Source: an uncultured Rickettsiales bacterium
Lineage (GTDB): Bacteria > Pseudomonadota > Alphaproteobacteria > Rickettsiales > SXRF01
Length of the DNA stretch: 64,000 nt
Direction of reading: 5' to 3'
NCBI GenBank assembly: GCA_964645205.1
Contig: CAZYBO010000003.1
Location: 634 to 64,633 of the forward strand
Part shown: piece after piece, positions 53,526 to 62,713 of the stretch
How positions within the stretch are numbered: position 1 is the stretch's first letter
Layout: each line of letters starts with the position of its first letter
Program-made: the position numbers and the translations under genes
Notes under the pieces: model-generated
Told to the model about the DNA's origin: nothing
Seen by the model: only the letters and a program-made list of their open reading frames with translations
Databases searched by the model: none

Positions 53526-55654
53526 TGGGCACCTGTTTTTTCGGTTTGGTGGGGCATCATATCGCGATTACCCGATTGGTAAAGCTCAGAATAAGGAATA
53601 CTCACCCACGGCCGCCTGCCGCGATGCTGCCGCGCGGTTTCCACCTGCACCTGGCCGTTCTCGAAGCGCAGGCCGGTAGCTCCTTGCGAATCGAGGAATT
53701 TGCGGTCGAAACGCATGGGCATGGGAACACAGGTGTTATCGTCGAAATCGTCCGGCGTAATCAATATATCGGCTTTGTACTCGCATAGATCGATCAGCTC
53801 ACCACGGTTTTTGCTACGCCGCACCACGATGTTTTTGCCATAGGCCTGTAGGCTGCATACTTCTTTCGTGCAGCGCGGATCGAGCGAGGAAAACTTTACA
53901 TCGCCAAGCGTAAGCGCACCGTCCCTGCCCTCTGAAGAAAGCCAAGCCTTGGCGTCGAAGCTGGTATCCGTACCGCGTAGGAACAGGTATTCGTTCGTCT
54001 GCTGAAGGCGGATTGCCACTTTAGAGGCATCGTCGCTGATGAGCAGGTCATAAGGCCGGTGCAGCGCGATGGTCGCCGTACCGATGATGACGAGCGGCAC
54101 GCCAAGCAGACGCCAGCGTTGACGCCACAGGCACAGCCACAACCCGCCATACACCGCCAGCACCATCCCCCAAAACGAAGGCGACGGCAGGGGAAATGTG
54201 GACAGCGGCAGGGATGCGAACCATTTCGCGCCTGAGATCATCAGGCCGATGCCCATGTCGAGCACCGCCAGCGGCCACGCTTCCAGACCGAACGGCATGG
54301 CGATGAACGAGACAACCGCCGCGCTCATGATCCAAAATGAAGTAAGCGGCAGCAACAGCATGTTGGCAGCGATGCCCCACAGCGTTACGCGGTTGAAATG
54401 GTAGACCACCAGCGGCGTGGTAGCCAGAGTAGCAGCCAGCGAGGAGAGCATGAGCGCGAAAAAATAAATGCCTATGCGGTGAGATAGGGCTTTGCCGCCG
54501 CCGGTGAGAACGTGGCCGTAACGCTCATACAGCGCCACCACCGCAAGCGTGGCAGCAAAGGAAAGCTGAAAACTCGCCCCGAACAACGATTCGGGGTAGA
54601 ACACCAGAATGAGGCACGCCGCCCATGCCAGCGAATACAGGCTCACGCCGCGCCGGTCGAACAGCACGGCCACCATTACGCACGCCACCATCATGAACGA
54701 ACGCACCGCAGGCACCGGATAGCCCGCCAGCAGCAAATAGGAGAACGCACCCAGCAGCCCAATGCACGCCGCGATTTTCTTCACCGGCAAGCGTTGCGCC
54801 AACGGCATGTGCAGGCATAAAAGGAAACGCGCCAACGCATATACGAGCCCGGCGGCCAGCGACATATGCAAGCCGGAGATCGACAGCACGTGGTAGATGC
54901 CGGAATCGCGCATGGCGTCTTTCACCTTGTCGGATACCTGCGACATTTCGCCGACCATCATCGCCGACGCCACCGCCGCGTTATCGGGCGACATCGCGGC
55001 ATTCAGGCGCGCAGCGATCGACAGGCGCAGGCTGTTGAGCCACGGCACGAAACTTCCCGGCTCGGCGGATTCGGTAACGGCCACCGTGCCCGGCACATGC
55101 CCTACTGCACCAATGCCGTCAAAATAATACGCGCGCGCGAAATCGTAGCCGTGCGGCAATACCGGCGTGGGTGGCGGAAAGAGAATAGCGTTAGCGCGGA
55201 TATGATCGCCCACCTTGATGCCCGGCGCGGCCTGTTTCAGCGTGACGGTGACCGCGTGCGGCGTGGTGTGCGGCTTCACGCCTTCGATGCTCACCGCGCT
55301 TAAAAACAGTTTCAGCCCTTCGTTCTTCTGCTGGATGTCGTCGATGCGGCCTTCTATCGTACGGGAATACAGGGTTTTATGCAGCGCAGGCGCATCCACC
55401 AGCAGCGTGCGCACCCCCGCGCACAAGAAACCAACCCCCGCCAGCGCAAACGCCAGCGCCAGCAGGCGGAGCGAAGCCAGCCGCCGCCCGAACCACGCCA
55501 TACACCCGAAAATGACAGCTACCAAAGCTCCCGACCATATAGGCGGCTCTTGCAAAAGGCCAAAATAGATGCCGATCCCCGTCCCCAGCAACACCGGAAC
55601 CCAAAGGATAAAACGCTCGCGCTCAGCGGCAAATAGGGAAGATAGCCTCGTCAT
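53522..55654 (-). CDS. comEC: ComEC/Rec2 family DNA internalisation channel protein
   Basis: Polytopic competence domain (...VLSISGLHM...). The ORF-track start at 55672 is TTG; the first ATG is 55654. Confidence 0.85.
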   Translation of the reverse strand: MTRLSSLFAAERERFILWVPVLLGTGIGIYFGLLQEPPIWSGALVAVIFGCMAWFGRRLASLRLLALAFALAGVGFLCAGVRTLLVDAPALHKTLYSRTIEGRIDDIQQKNEGLKLFLSAVSIEGVKPHTTPHAVTVTLKQAAPGIKVGDHIRANAILFPPPTPVLPHGYDFARAYYFDGIGAVGHVPGTVAVTESAEPGSFVPWLNSLRLSIAARLNAAMSPDNAAVASAMMVGEMSQVSDKVKDAMRDSGIYHVLSISGLHMSLAAGLVYALARFLLCLHMPLAQRLPVKKIAACIGLLGAFSYLLLAGYPVPAVRSFMMVACVMVAVLFDRRGVSLYSLAWAACLILVFYPESLFGASFQLSFAATLAVVALYERYGHVLTGGGKALSHRIGIYFFALMLSSLAATLATTPLVVYHFNRVTLWGIAANMLLLPLTSFWIMSAAVVSFIAMPFGLEAWPLAVLDMGIGLMISGAKWFASLPLSTFPLPSPSFWGMVLAVYGGLWLCLWRQRWRLLGVPLVIIGTATIALHRPYDLLISDDASKVAIRLQQTNEYLFLRGTDTSFDAKAWLSSEGRDGALTLGDVKFSSLDPRCTKEVCSLQAYGKNIVVRRSKNRGELIDLCEYKADILITPDDFDDNTCVPMPMRFDRKFLDSQGATGLRFENGQVQVETARQHRGRRPWVSIPYSELYQSGNRDMMPHQTEKTGAQ

Positions 55655-55736
55655 AGGCAAAACTTGTAACAAAACCCTAGCGCCAATGCACCATTTTTGG
55701 CATACCGTGACCCTGGAACCCTAAATACATAGATTT

Positions 55737-57140
55737 ATGACCGCTATCACCCGTTTCGCACCCTCGCCCACCGGCTTCCTCCACATCGGAGGGGCGCGCA
55801 CGGCGTTGTTCAACTGGCTGTATGCACGACATGCGGGCGGGAAATTCTTGCTGCGCGTCGAAGATACCGACCGCGCGCGCTCCACGCAGGCAGCGATTGA
55901 TGCGATTCTAGACGGTATGAAGTGGCTCGGTCTGGATTGGGATGGCGAGGTTGTCTACCAATATGCGCGCAAGGATCGCCATGCGGAAGTAGCGCATGAA
56001 ATGCTCAAGAAAGGGCAGGCTTATTATTGCTATTGCACCGCAGAAGAGCTGGAAGCCAAGCGTAATAACGCCAAAGCCGAGGGCAAAGTTTTCCAATATG
56101 ATGGCATGTGGCGCGACCGCGACCCGTCAGAAGCGCCCGCAGGCGTCGCCCCATCCATTCGTATCAAAGCGCCGCGCGAGGGCAGCATCACGGTGCACGA
56201 CAAAGTGCAAGGTGATGTAACGGTAGAATGCAAGCAACTCGACGATATGGTGCTGCTGCGCTCCGACGGCACACCGACCTATATGCTGGCGGTGGTAGTG
56301 GACGACCACGATATGGGCGTGACGCAAATCATTCGCGGCGATGACCATCTCACCAACACCTTCCGCCAACTGCTTATCTACAACGCAATGGGCTGGACAG
56401 CGCCCGATTTCGCGCATATTCCGCTGATCCACGGCAGCGACGGCGCGAAGCTCTCTAAGCGCCACGGCGCGCTGGGCGTGGATGCCTACCGCGACATGGG
56501 CTATTTGCCGGAAGCGGTGCGCAATTATTTGCTGCGACTGGGCTGGGCGCATGGCGACGAGGAAATTATCTCCACACAGCAGGCTATCGAATGGTTCGGG
56601 CTGGACGCAGTGGGCAAATCGCCGTCGCGTTTTGATTTCGCCAAGCTGGAGAATTTGAACGGGCATTATATCCGCGAGGCGGATGATGCGAGGCTGGTGG
56701 AGCTGATTACGCCCATCCTGAAAAAAGACAGCAACCTTAATCCCGATGCGCACAAAAAATTATTGCTGCTCGGCATGAACGGGTTGAAGCAACGCGCGAA
56801 AACCATTGTGGAGCTGGCAAAAAATGCCGCGTTCTATGTGGTGGACGTGCATGTGCCGATGGATGAAAAGGCACGCGAACTATTGCTGGCCAAAGGCGGG
56901 TATGCGCTGCTTGACGGGCTGTTGCCGGAATTGGAAAAGTTTGAAAACTGGCACGCAGAGCCGTTGCAGGCATTCTGCAAGACATGGGGCGAAGCAAACG
57001 GCAAGAAACTCGGCGAAGTCGCGCAACCCCTGCGCGCATCGCTCACCGGCAGCACCATCTCGCCGAGCGTGTTTGAAATACTTGAAATACTCGGTAAAAA
57101 AGAAAGCTTTAGACGCTTAAATGAACGCGTGGTAGGATAA
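55737..57140 (+). CDS. gltX: glutamate--tRNA ligase
   Basis: [14 protein letters not shown] (HIGH) and KLSKR (KMSKS). Confidence 0.96.
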   Translation: MTAITRFAPSPTGFLHIGGARTALFNWLYARHAGGKFLLRVEDTDRARSTQAAIDAILDGMKWLGLDWDGEVVYQYARKDRHAEVAHEMLKKGQAYYCYCTAEELEAKRNNAKAEGKVFQYDGMWRDRDPSEAPAGVAPSIRIKAPREGSITVHDKVQGDVTVECKQLDDMVLLRSDGTPTYMLAVVVDDHDMGVTQIIRGDDHLTNTFRQLLIYNAMGWTAPDFAHIPLIHGSDGAKLSKRHGALGVDAYRDMGYLPEAVRNYLLRLGWAHGDEEIISTQQAIEWFGLDAVGKSPSRFDFAKLENLNGHYIREADDARLVELITPILKKDSNLNPDAHKKLLLLGMNGLKQRAKTIVELAKNAAFYVVDVHVPMDEKARELLLAKGGYALLDGLLPELEKFENWHAEPLQAFCKTWGEANGKKLGEVAQPLRASLTGSTISPSVFEILEILGKKESFRRLNERVVG

Positions 57141-57145
57141 ACATT

Positions 57146-57712
57146 ATGGCAACGTTAAAACTCATCATCGCCCCCGACCCGATCCTGAAAACTAAATCGG
57201 CTCCGGTGGAAAAAATTGACGACAGCATCCGCGCGCTCGTGGCCGATTTGTTCGACACGATGTATGCCGAGCGTGGCATCGGGCTGGCAGCCGTGCAGGT
57301 GGGCGTGCTCAAGCGCGTGCTCGTGGCCGATGTCACCTGGAACGAAGGCGAAGGTGCGGGCGAACAATACGCACTTATCAACCCGGAAATCATATCCGTC
57401 TCGCAGAATCCGCATGTCTATAAGGAAGGCTGCCTGTCGTTCCCCGACCAGTATGCCGACGTTACTAGGCCGGAAACCGTGCGCGTGCGCTATCTCGATA
57501 TCGACGGCAAAACGCAGGAAGAAGATTTCGACGGACTGCTCGCCACCTGCATACAGCACGAAATCGACCATTTAAACGGTATCACCTTCGTCGATCATAT
57601 CTCCTCGCTGAAGCGCGACATGATTAACCGCAAGCTCACCAAGCTCAAAAAAGCCGGCGTGTTCGACCACGACCACCATCATCACGTGCATGGCGAGCAC
57701 TGCAATCATTAG
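57146..57712 (+). CDS. def: peptide deformylase with a His-rich C-terminal tail
   Basis: GIGLAAVQVG, EGCLS and HEIDHL motifs. Tail FDHDHHHHVHGEHCNH. Confidence 0.95.
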   Translation: MATLKLIIAPDPILKTKSAPVEKIDDSIRALVADLFDTMYAERGIGLAAVQVGVLKRVLVADVTWNEGEGAGEQYALINPEIISVSQNPHVYKEGCLSFPDQYADVTRPETVRVRYLDIDGKTQEEDFDGLLATCIQHEIDHLNGITFVDHISSLKRDMINRKLTKLKKAGVFDHDHHHHVHGEHCNH

Positions 57713-58649
57713 TTCCCCTCTGCGCCTGATTTTCATGGGGACACCCATGTTTGCGTTGCCGACACTTAAGGCACTGCGTGAGACCGGTCATACCATCGTC
57801 GCCGTATATTCGCAGCCACCGCGACCTGCGGGACGCGGACAGAAGGAACGGCCTTCGCCGGTGCATGAATATGCGCTCGCGCATGGGCTGCCCGTCTATA
57901 CGCCGGTCAGCTTGAAATCTGCAGAAACGCAGGCGGAGTTTGCGGCACACAAGGCCGATGCCGCGATTGTTGTCGCCTATGGATTGTTGCTGCCACAGGC
58001 GATTCTGGATGCGTGCCCGATGGGGTGCATCAACGTACACCCTTCCCTGCTACCGCGCTGGCGCGGTGCAGCGCCGATACAGCGCACCATTATGGCAGGC
58101 GATACGCAAACGGCGATTGTGATTATGCAGATGGATGCGGGGCTGGATACGGGTGATATGCTGATGGTGGAACCGGTTGCGATTGCGCCGGGGACGAATG
58201 CGGCGATGCTGCACGATGAGTTGTCGCAAAAAGCTGCGCCGCTGGTGTTGAAAACGTTGCAGAGGGCTTTCAAGCCGGTGAAGCAGCCCACAGAGGGCGT
58301 GACCTACGCGAAGAAAATCACCAAAGAGGAATGCCGCATCGACTGGAACCGCCCGGCGGCGGATATCCTCAACCAGATTCGTGGGCTGTCGCCTGCGCCG
58401 GGTGCGGCTTTTGTCTATCAGGGCGAGCAGATTAAGATTTTCGACGCGGTGGCGTCTGCAGTACGGGAATGCGATTTCATGCGGCCTGCGCAATCGGGCG
58501 AAGTAATCAGCGCGAATTTCGACATTGCATGCGAAGGCGGGAAAAGCGTGCTGTCGCCACTGGAGATGCAGCGCCCGGGGAAAAAGCGCATGAGCAGGCA
58601 GGAATGTTTGCAAGGGTTCCCGATTCCTCCCGGCAGCGTGCTGGGTTGA
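57690..58649 (+). CDS. fmt: methionyl-tRNA formyltransferase
   Basis: LIFMGTP and HPSLLPRWRGAAPIQ. The only ATG upstream of the FMGTP motif is at 57690, which overlaps def by 23 nt. Confidence 0.92.
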   Translation: MASTAIISSPLRLIFMGTPMFALPTLKALRETGHTIVAVYSQPPRPAGRGQKERPSPVHEYALAHGLPVYTPVSLKSAETQAEFAAHKADAAIVVAYGLLLPQAILDACPMGCINVHPSLLPRWRGAAPIQRTIMAGDTQTAIVIMQMDAGLDTGDMLMVEPVAIAPGTNAAMLHDELSQKAAPLVLKTLQRAFKPVKQPTEGVTYAKKITKEECRIDWNRPAADILNQIRGLSPAPGAAFVYQGEQIKIFDAVASAVRECDFMRPAQSGEVISANFDIACEGGKSVLSPLEMQRPGKKRMSRQECLQGFPIPPGSVLG

Positions 58650-58650
58650 T

Positions 58651-59397
58651 ATGCCACGCTATAAACTCACGCTGGAATATGACGGCAACGGCTATGCAGG
58701 CTGGCAGCGGCAGAACGATTTGATGAGCGTGCAAGAAGCATTGCAGATCGCGTGCTTTAAGTTTTCTGGCGAAGAAGTGAATATCGTGGGCGCAGGCCGC
58801 ACCGACGCAGGCGTGCATGCCACGGCGCAGGTGGCACATATCGATTTACAAAAACCATTGGATGCGTTCCGCGTGATGCAGGGCATCAATTTTTATCTCG
58901 AAATCGGGCACAAAAACCGTATCGCGATTATCGATGCGGAAGAGGTGACGGAGGAATTCCACGCACGGTTTTCTGCGAAGGCGCGGCATTACCGCTACCG
59001 CATCATCAACCGCCGCTCGCGGCTGGGGCTGGAGCATGGGCGGGCGTGGCATGTGGTCAAACCGCTGGATATTGAAAAAATGCAGCAGGCGGCTGCGATG
59101 CTGGTCGGCCACCACGATTTCACCAGTTTCCGCGATTCGCAGTGCCAGTCAAAATCGCCGGTCAAAACGCTGGAAAAGCTGGACATCGCACAGCATGGCG
59201 AGGAAATCATTATCATCACCAGCGCGCGCTCGTTCCTGCACCATCAGGTGCGCATCATGACCGGCACGCTGGCGCTAGTGGGCAAAGGCAGGTGGCAGCC
59301 TCAGGACGTACAGGCCGCGCTGGATGCAAAAGACCGCGCGAAAGCAGGCGTTACCGCGCCGCCGGACGGGTTGTATTTAGTCGGGGTGGATTATTGA
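58651..59397 (+). CDS. truA: tRNA pseudouridine(38-40) synthase
   Basis: GAGRTDAGVHA catalytic motif. Confidence 0.95.
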   Translation: MPRYKLTLEYDGNGYAGWQRQNDLMSVQEALQIACFKFSGEEVNIVGAGRTDAGVHATAQVAHIDLQKPLDAFRVMQGINFYLEIGHKNRIAIIDAEEVTEEFHARFSAKARHYRYRIINRRSRLGLEHGRAWHVVKPLDIEKMQQAAAMLVGHHDFTSFRDSQCQSKSPVKTLEKLDIAQHGEEIIIITSARSFLHHQVRIMTGTLALVGKGRWQPQDVQAALDAKDRAKAGVTAPPDGLYLVGVDY

Positions 59398-59405
59398 CTC
59401 CTATA

Positions 59406-59435
59406 TTCCCTCCCCCCCTTGTGGGAGAGAGAGAA
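59406..59435. repeat. solo family C-type hairpin (C3) between convergent truA and the lipoprotein gene
   Basis: TTCCCTCCCCCCC-TTGT-GGGAGAGAGAGAA. Pairs better as minus-strand RNA (G-U pairs). Candidate terminator. Confidence 0.6.
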
Positions 59436-59441
59436 ATAGGG

Positions 59442-59681
59442 TTAATAGCCGCGCAGCTTGCGATCCCGGTCATCTTGCTTCATCTTCTCGAATTCGCGGC
59501 GCTGTTCTTCCATCATCTTCACGGATTTTTCTTCGCGGACGCATTTATCATATTCGGCGGTTCCGGGCTTGTAGCCTAAGCCTTCGCACTTCGCCATGCC
59601 GTCATAATCCGGCTTATTATCCGCGCAACCGGCGGTAATAAGGACGAGTGCAGCGAGTGTAGAAAATTTCAGCCATGTCAT
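59442..59681 (-). CDS. small lipoprotein, 79 aa
   Basis: Lipobox LITAGC after a signal peptide. ATGA overlap with the upstream gene. Last gene of the fliO-fliP transcription unit. Confidence 0.6.
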   Translation of the reverse strand: MTWLKFSTLAALVLITAGCADNKPDYDGMAKCEGLGYKPGTAEYDKCVREEKSVKMMEEQRREFEKMKQDDRDRKLRGY

Positions 59682-59920
59682 AAATCCTCCTTGCGAGATG
59701 GTTGGGTGATGTCTTTGTATTCTACTTCGATGATAGTGCTATCGCCGCCGGAGCCACGCGTGAAGCGTCGGCGCAGCCACCATTGCTGCACCATCATGAT
59801 GCAAAAACCGATAATGCCCGCCGCCAACGCAAAACCGAGCATAAATAGCCCGAACCAGAGCGCCAGCACCACGATCAGCGCCACGAACAGGGCGAATAGA
59901 ATGCCGAAAATGATTTCCAT
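59678..59920 (-). CDS. small membrane protein, 80 aa, two TM helices
   Basis: The start overlaps the fliP stop (TGATG) and the stop overlaps the next start (ATGA). Confidence 0.55.
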   Translation of the reverse strand: MEIIFGILFALFVALIVVLALWFGLFMLGFALAAGIIGFCIMMVQQWWLRRRFTRGSGGDSTIIEVEYKDITQPSRKEDL

Positions 59921-60744
59921 CAGATCGTTCCAAAACTTTTTACAAGGCTACCGCAAATCATATACCACCCATCCACCAGCACGAAGAAGATGAGCTTGAA
60001 CGGCAGCGAGATCATCACCGGCGGCAGCATCATCATACCCATGCCCATGAGGATGGAGGCGATCAGCATGTCGATCACCACGAAAGGAATAAAAATCAGA
60101 AAGCCGATTTCAAACGAGCGCTTCAACTCGCTGATCATGAAGGCAGGCAGCAGGATGCGATAAGGCATGTCTTCCGGCTCTTTGACTTCCAACCCCGGCG
60201 ACATGTCCATGAACAACTTCACGTCTTTTTCGCGGGCATGCTTGAGCATGAACTCGTGGAACGGTTCGCCGATGCGCTCCAACGCCTGCTCCTCGGTGAT
60301 GGTTTCCTCCAGCAGCGGCTTCACACCGTCGTTATAAGCCTTCTCGAAGGCAGGAGCCATGATGAAGGCGGTGAGGAACAGCGCAAGCGAAATCAGCACC
60401 TGATTGGGCGGTGTCTGCTGTAGGCCTATAGCGCTGCGCAAAAACGACAGCACGATGATGATGCGCATGAATGAGGTCATCATGATTAGGATCGACGGTG
60501 CAAGCGTAATCACCGTCATGAACAGCACGAGTTGGATAAGCCTGCCGGCTGCCGTGCCGCTGCTGGTTTTTCCCAGATCGACCGACATGGACTGCGCGAG
60601 CGCGGGTTCAGAATAGAAAAAGAGCGCCAGTAATGCCGCTATTATTGTCATTCCTGCGAAAGCAGGAATCTTAGATTTCAGCGCAGAGATGAGATTCCTG
60701 CTTTCGCAGGAATGACAAGGAATTGAGAGTGCTTCATGGGTCAT
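59920..60744 (-). CDS. fliP: flagellar export apparatus protein FliP, with a repeat element in frame in its 5' end
   Basis: TSFMRIIIVLSFLRSAIGLQQTPPNQVL and FLIFIPFVVIDM motifs. ATG 60744 lies 7 nt after the fliO stop. An alternative internal ATG at 60651 lies inside repeat A2. Confidence 0.93.
   Translation of the reverse strand: MTHEALSIPCHSCESRNLISALKSKIPAFAGMTIIAALLALFFYSEPALAQSMSVDLGKTSSGTAAGRLIQLVLFMTVITLAPSILIMMTSFMRIIIVLSFLRSAIGLQQTPPNQVLISLALFLTAFIMAPAFEKAYNDGVKPLLEETITEEQALERIGEPFHEFMLKHAREKDVKLFMDMSPGLEVKEPEDMPYRILLPAFMISELKRSFEIGFLIFIPFVVIDMLIASILMGMGMMMLPPVMISLPFKLIFFVLVDGWYMICGSLVKSFGTI
60646..60717. repeat. palindromic repeat family A, copy A2 (72 bp, inside the fliP ORF)
   Basis: Same termini as A1. 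72 bp equals 24 codons and is open in the fliP frame (PCHSCESRNLISALKSKIPAFAGMT). Confidence 0.9.
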
Positions 60745-60750
60745 TGTACC

Positions 60751-61020
60751 CTATTCCTTCGTGATATTCGATTCGATCACCAACTCGCGGCCGTCGGCGA
60801 GTAAAAGCAGGTGTTCCGTATTGTCGCGCCTGACCAACACCAGCCTGCGCTTGGGGTCGAGGGCGCGCATCTCAAGAATAGAAAGCCGCCCCTCGCCTTC
60901 CTTGGTGCCAAGCCAAGGATTGGATTTGCCGAAACGCCGGAGCAATGCGCCAAACACCCCAATCAGTCCGAGGATGAAAAGGGAGGCGAAAATGAACCGG
61001 GGAAAGTCGATGCTATCCAT
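60751..61020 (-). CDS. fliO: flagellar protein FliO
   Basis: Single TM helix followed by RLSILEMRALDPKRRLVLVRRDNTEHLLLL. Lies directly upstream of fliP. Confidence 0.8.
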   Translation of the reverse strand: MDSIDFPRFIFASLFILGLIGVFGALLRRFGKSNPWLGTKEGEGRLSILEMRALDPKRRLVLVRRDNTEHLLLLADGRELVIESNITKE

Positions 61021-61065
61021 GCCCCTGTCATAATGGATCGCGGGGCAAGCCGCAAGGGTTGTGGT

Positions 61066-61536
61066 TTAGTTCCTGCTGAATGGCTTGCCGGAAGAAACAG
61101 AACTTAGTAGCCTTTGAAACCTATTGCTATCCAAACCCACAATGGGTTTGGGCTTGGTTGGCTTCATAGTTTCACGCAGGTGAGGCAACCATTCCGATTC
61201 GATTTTTTTAGACAGAGCTTCATAAAGCTCAACACTGCTGCGGCTTGGCATTAGGGAAAAAGCTGCAACTGGCGTGAAGGTAATAACCTGTAATGGGCCA
61301 TGTTCGGGGTATGTTTTGCTAAATGAATACTCACCTTTTACATTTTTGGCGTCCAGAAACCCTTTGGTGTATGCCATAAGCGTGTCGCCAATGTGAAATA
61401 CCGCCTGATCGGACATCCCTTCAACAGAAAATTCCAAACGTGCCGGTTTGCCTGCTTCCACGACGCGCGATATGCGTATCCATGTTTCGCCGTCCAGCGT
61501 CATGCTTTTGGTTTGTATGTCTGTCTTTGTCTTCAT
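61066..61536 (-). CDS. orphan protein, 156 aa (AT-rich islet upstream of fliO)
   Basis: The ORF-track start at 61542 is GTG; the ATG is at 61534-61536 (MKTKTD). A TATAAT ends 8 nt upstream of the ATG. Confidence 0.5.
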   Translation of the reverse strand: MKTKTDIQTKSMTLDGETWIRISRVVEAGKPARLEFSVEGMSDQAVFHIGDTLMAYTKGFLDAKNVKGEYSFSKTYPEHGPLQVITFTPVAAFSLMPSRSSVELYEALSKKIESEWLPHLRETMKPTKPKPIVGLDSNRFQRLLSSVSSGKPFSRN

Positions 61537-61567
61537 AAGCACCTATTATAACTGAAAATACCGTGCA

Positions 61568-61587
61568 GATAATGACGATTTCATGAC
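61568..61587 (-). promoter_or_regulatory. direct-repeat promoter box, orphan gene 61066-61536
   Basis: The minus strand reads GTCATGAAATCGTCATTATC, then 17 nt, then TATAAT (61545-61550), which ends 8 nt before the ATG. Confidence 0.45.
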
Positions 61588-61671
61588 AATTATTGCCCCT
61601 TCACCCTGATCTCCCCATTGCTTTTCTTTGAAAAATCGGTAGATTAACGCCCCTTTGCAATGAGGAGTCGT

Positions 61672-62706
61672 ATGAGTTTCAAAGTAGCAGTAGTGGGCGC
61701 GACAGGCAATGTCGGCCGTAAGATTTTAGATATTCTCGCCGAGCGCGATTTCCCCGTGAGCGAAGTGGTCGCGCTGGCGTCGCGCGCGTCGGTGGGCAAA
61801 CAGGTGAGCTTCGGTGAAGATAAGATTCTTACCGTGCAGGCGCTGGAAGATTACAATTTTTCTGATACGGATATTGGCCTGTTCTCACCCGGCGCTTCCG
61901 TGTCGAAGGTGTTTGCGCCGAAAGCGGCGGCTGCGGGTTGTGTAGTCATCGACAACACCTCGCATTTCCGCATGATCGAAGGCATTCCGCTGGTGGTGCC
62001 GGAAGTGAACGGCCACATGCTCGCGGATTTCCGCAAAACCAATATTATCGCCAACCCTAACTGCTCCACCATGCAGATGGTGGTGGCACTCAAGCCATTG
62101 CACGGCGCGGCGAAAATCAAGCGCGTGGTGGTGTCTACCTACCAGTCGGTGTCCGGCGCGGGCAAGGCGGGCATGGACGAGCTGTTCGAGCAGACGAAAT
62201 CGGTCTATATGAACAACATCAAGGAAAATACGAAATTTACCAAGCGCATCGCTTTCAACGTCATCCCGCATATCGATGTGTTCATGGAAGACGGCTCGAC
62301 GAAAGAAGAGTGGAAAATGGTACAGGAAACCAAGAAAATCCTCGATCCCAGCATCGAAGTGACCGCCACCTGCGTGCGCGTGCCGGTGTTCGTCGGCCAT
62401 TCGGAATCGGTAAATCTTGAATTTGAAAGCGCCATCAGCGTGGACGAAGCGCGTGAACTGCTTTCCGACGCGGACGGTGTGATGATCTACGACGAACGCA
62501 AAGACGCAGGCTACTGCACCCCTATCGAATGCGCCGGGGAAGACGCGGTGTTCATCTCTCGCCTGCGCGCCGACCCTACCGTGAAGCACGGGCTCTCCAT
62601 GTGGATCGTATCGGATAATCTACGCAAGGGCGCTGCACTCAACGCCGTGCAGATCGCCGAAGAGTTGATAGAAAAATACGGATTAGCGCCGAAAAAATCG
62701 CACTAG
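61672..62706 (+). CDS. asd: aspartate-semialdehyde dehydrogenase
   Basis: VGATGNVG NAD motif and active-site context NPNCSTM. GAGGAG lies 5 nt upstream of ATG 61672. Confidence 0.96.
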   Translation: MSFKVAVVGATGNVGRKILDILAERDFPVSEVVALASRASVGKQVSFGEDKILTVQALEDYNFSDTDIGLFSPGASVSKVFAPKAAAAGCVVIDNTSHFRMIEGIPLVVPEVNGHMLADFRKTNIIANPNCSTMQMVVALKPLHGAAKIKRVVVSTYQSVSGAGKAGMDELFEQTKSVYMNNIKENTKFTKRIAFNVIPHIDVFMEDGSTKEEWKMVQETKKILDPSIEVTATCVRVPVFVGHSESVNLEFESAISVDEARELLSDADGVMIYDERKDAGYCTPIECAGEDAVFISRLRADPTVKHGLSMWIVSDNLRKGAALNAVQIAEELIEKYGLAPKKSH

Positions 62707-62713
62707 GATAGTA

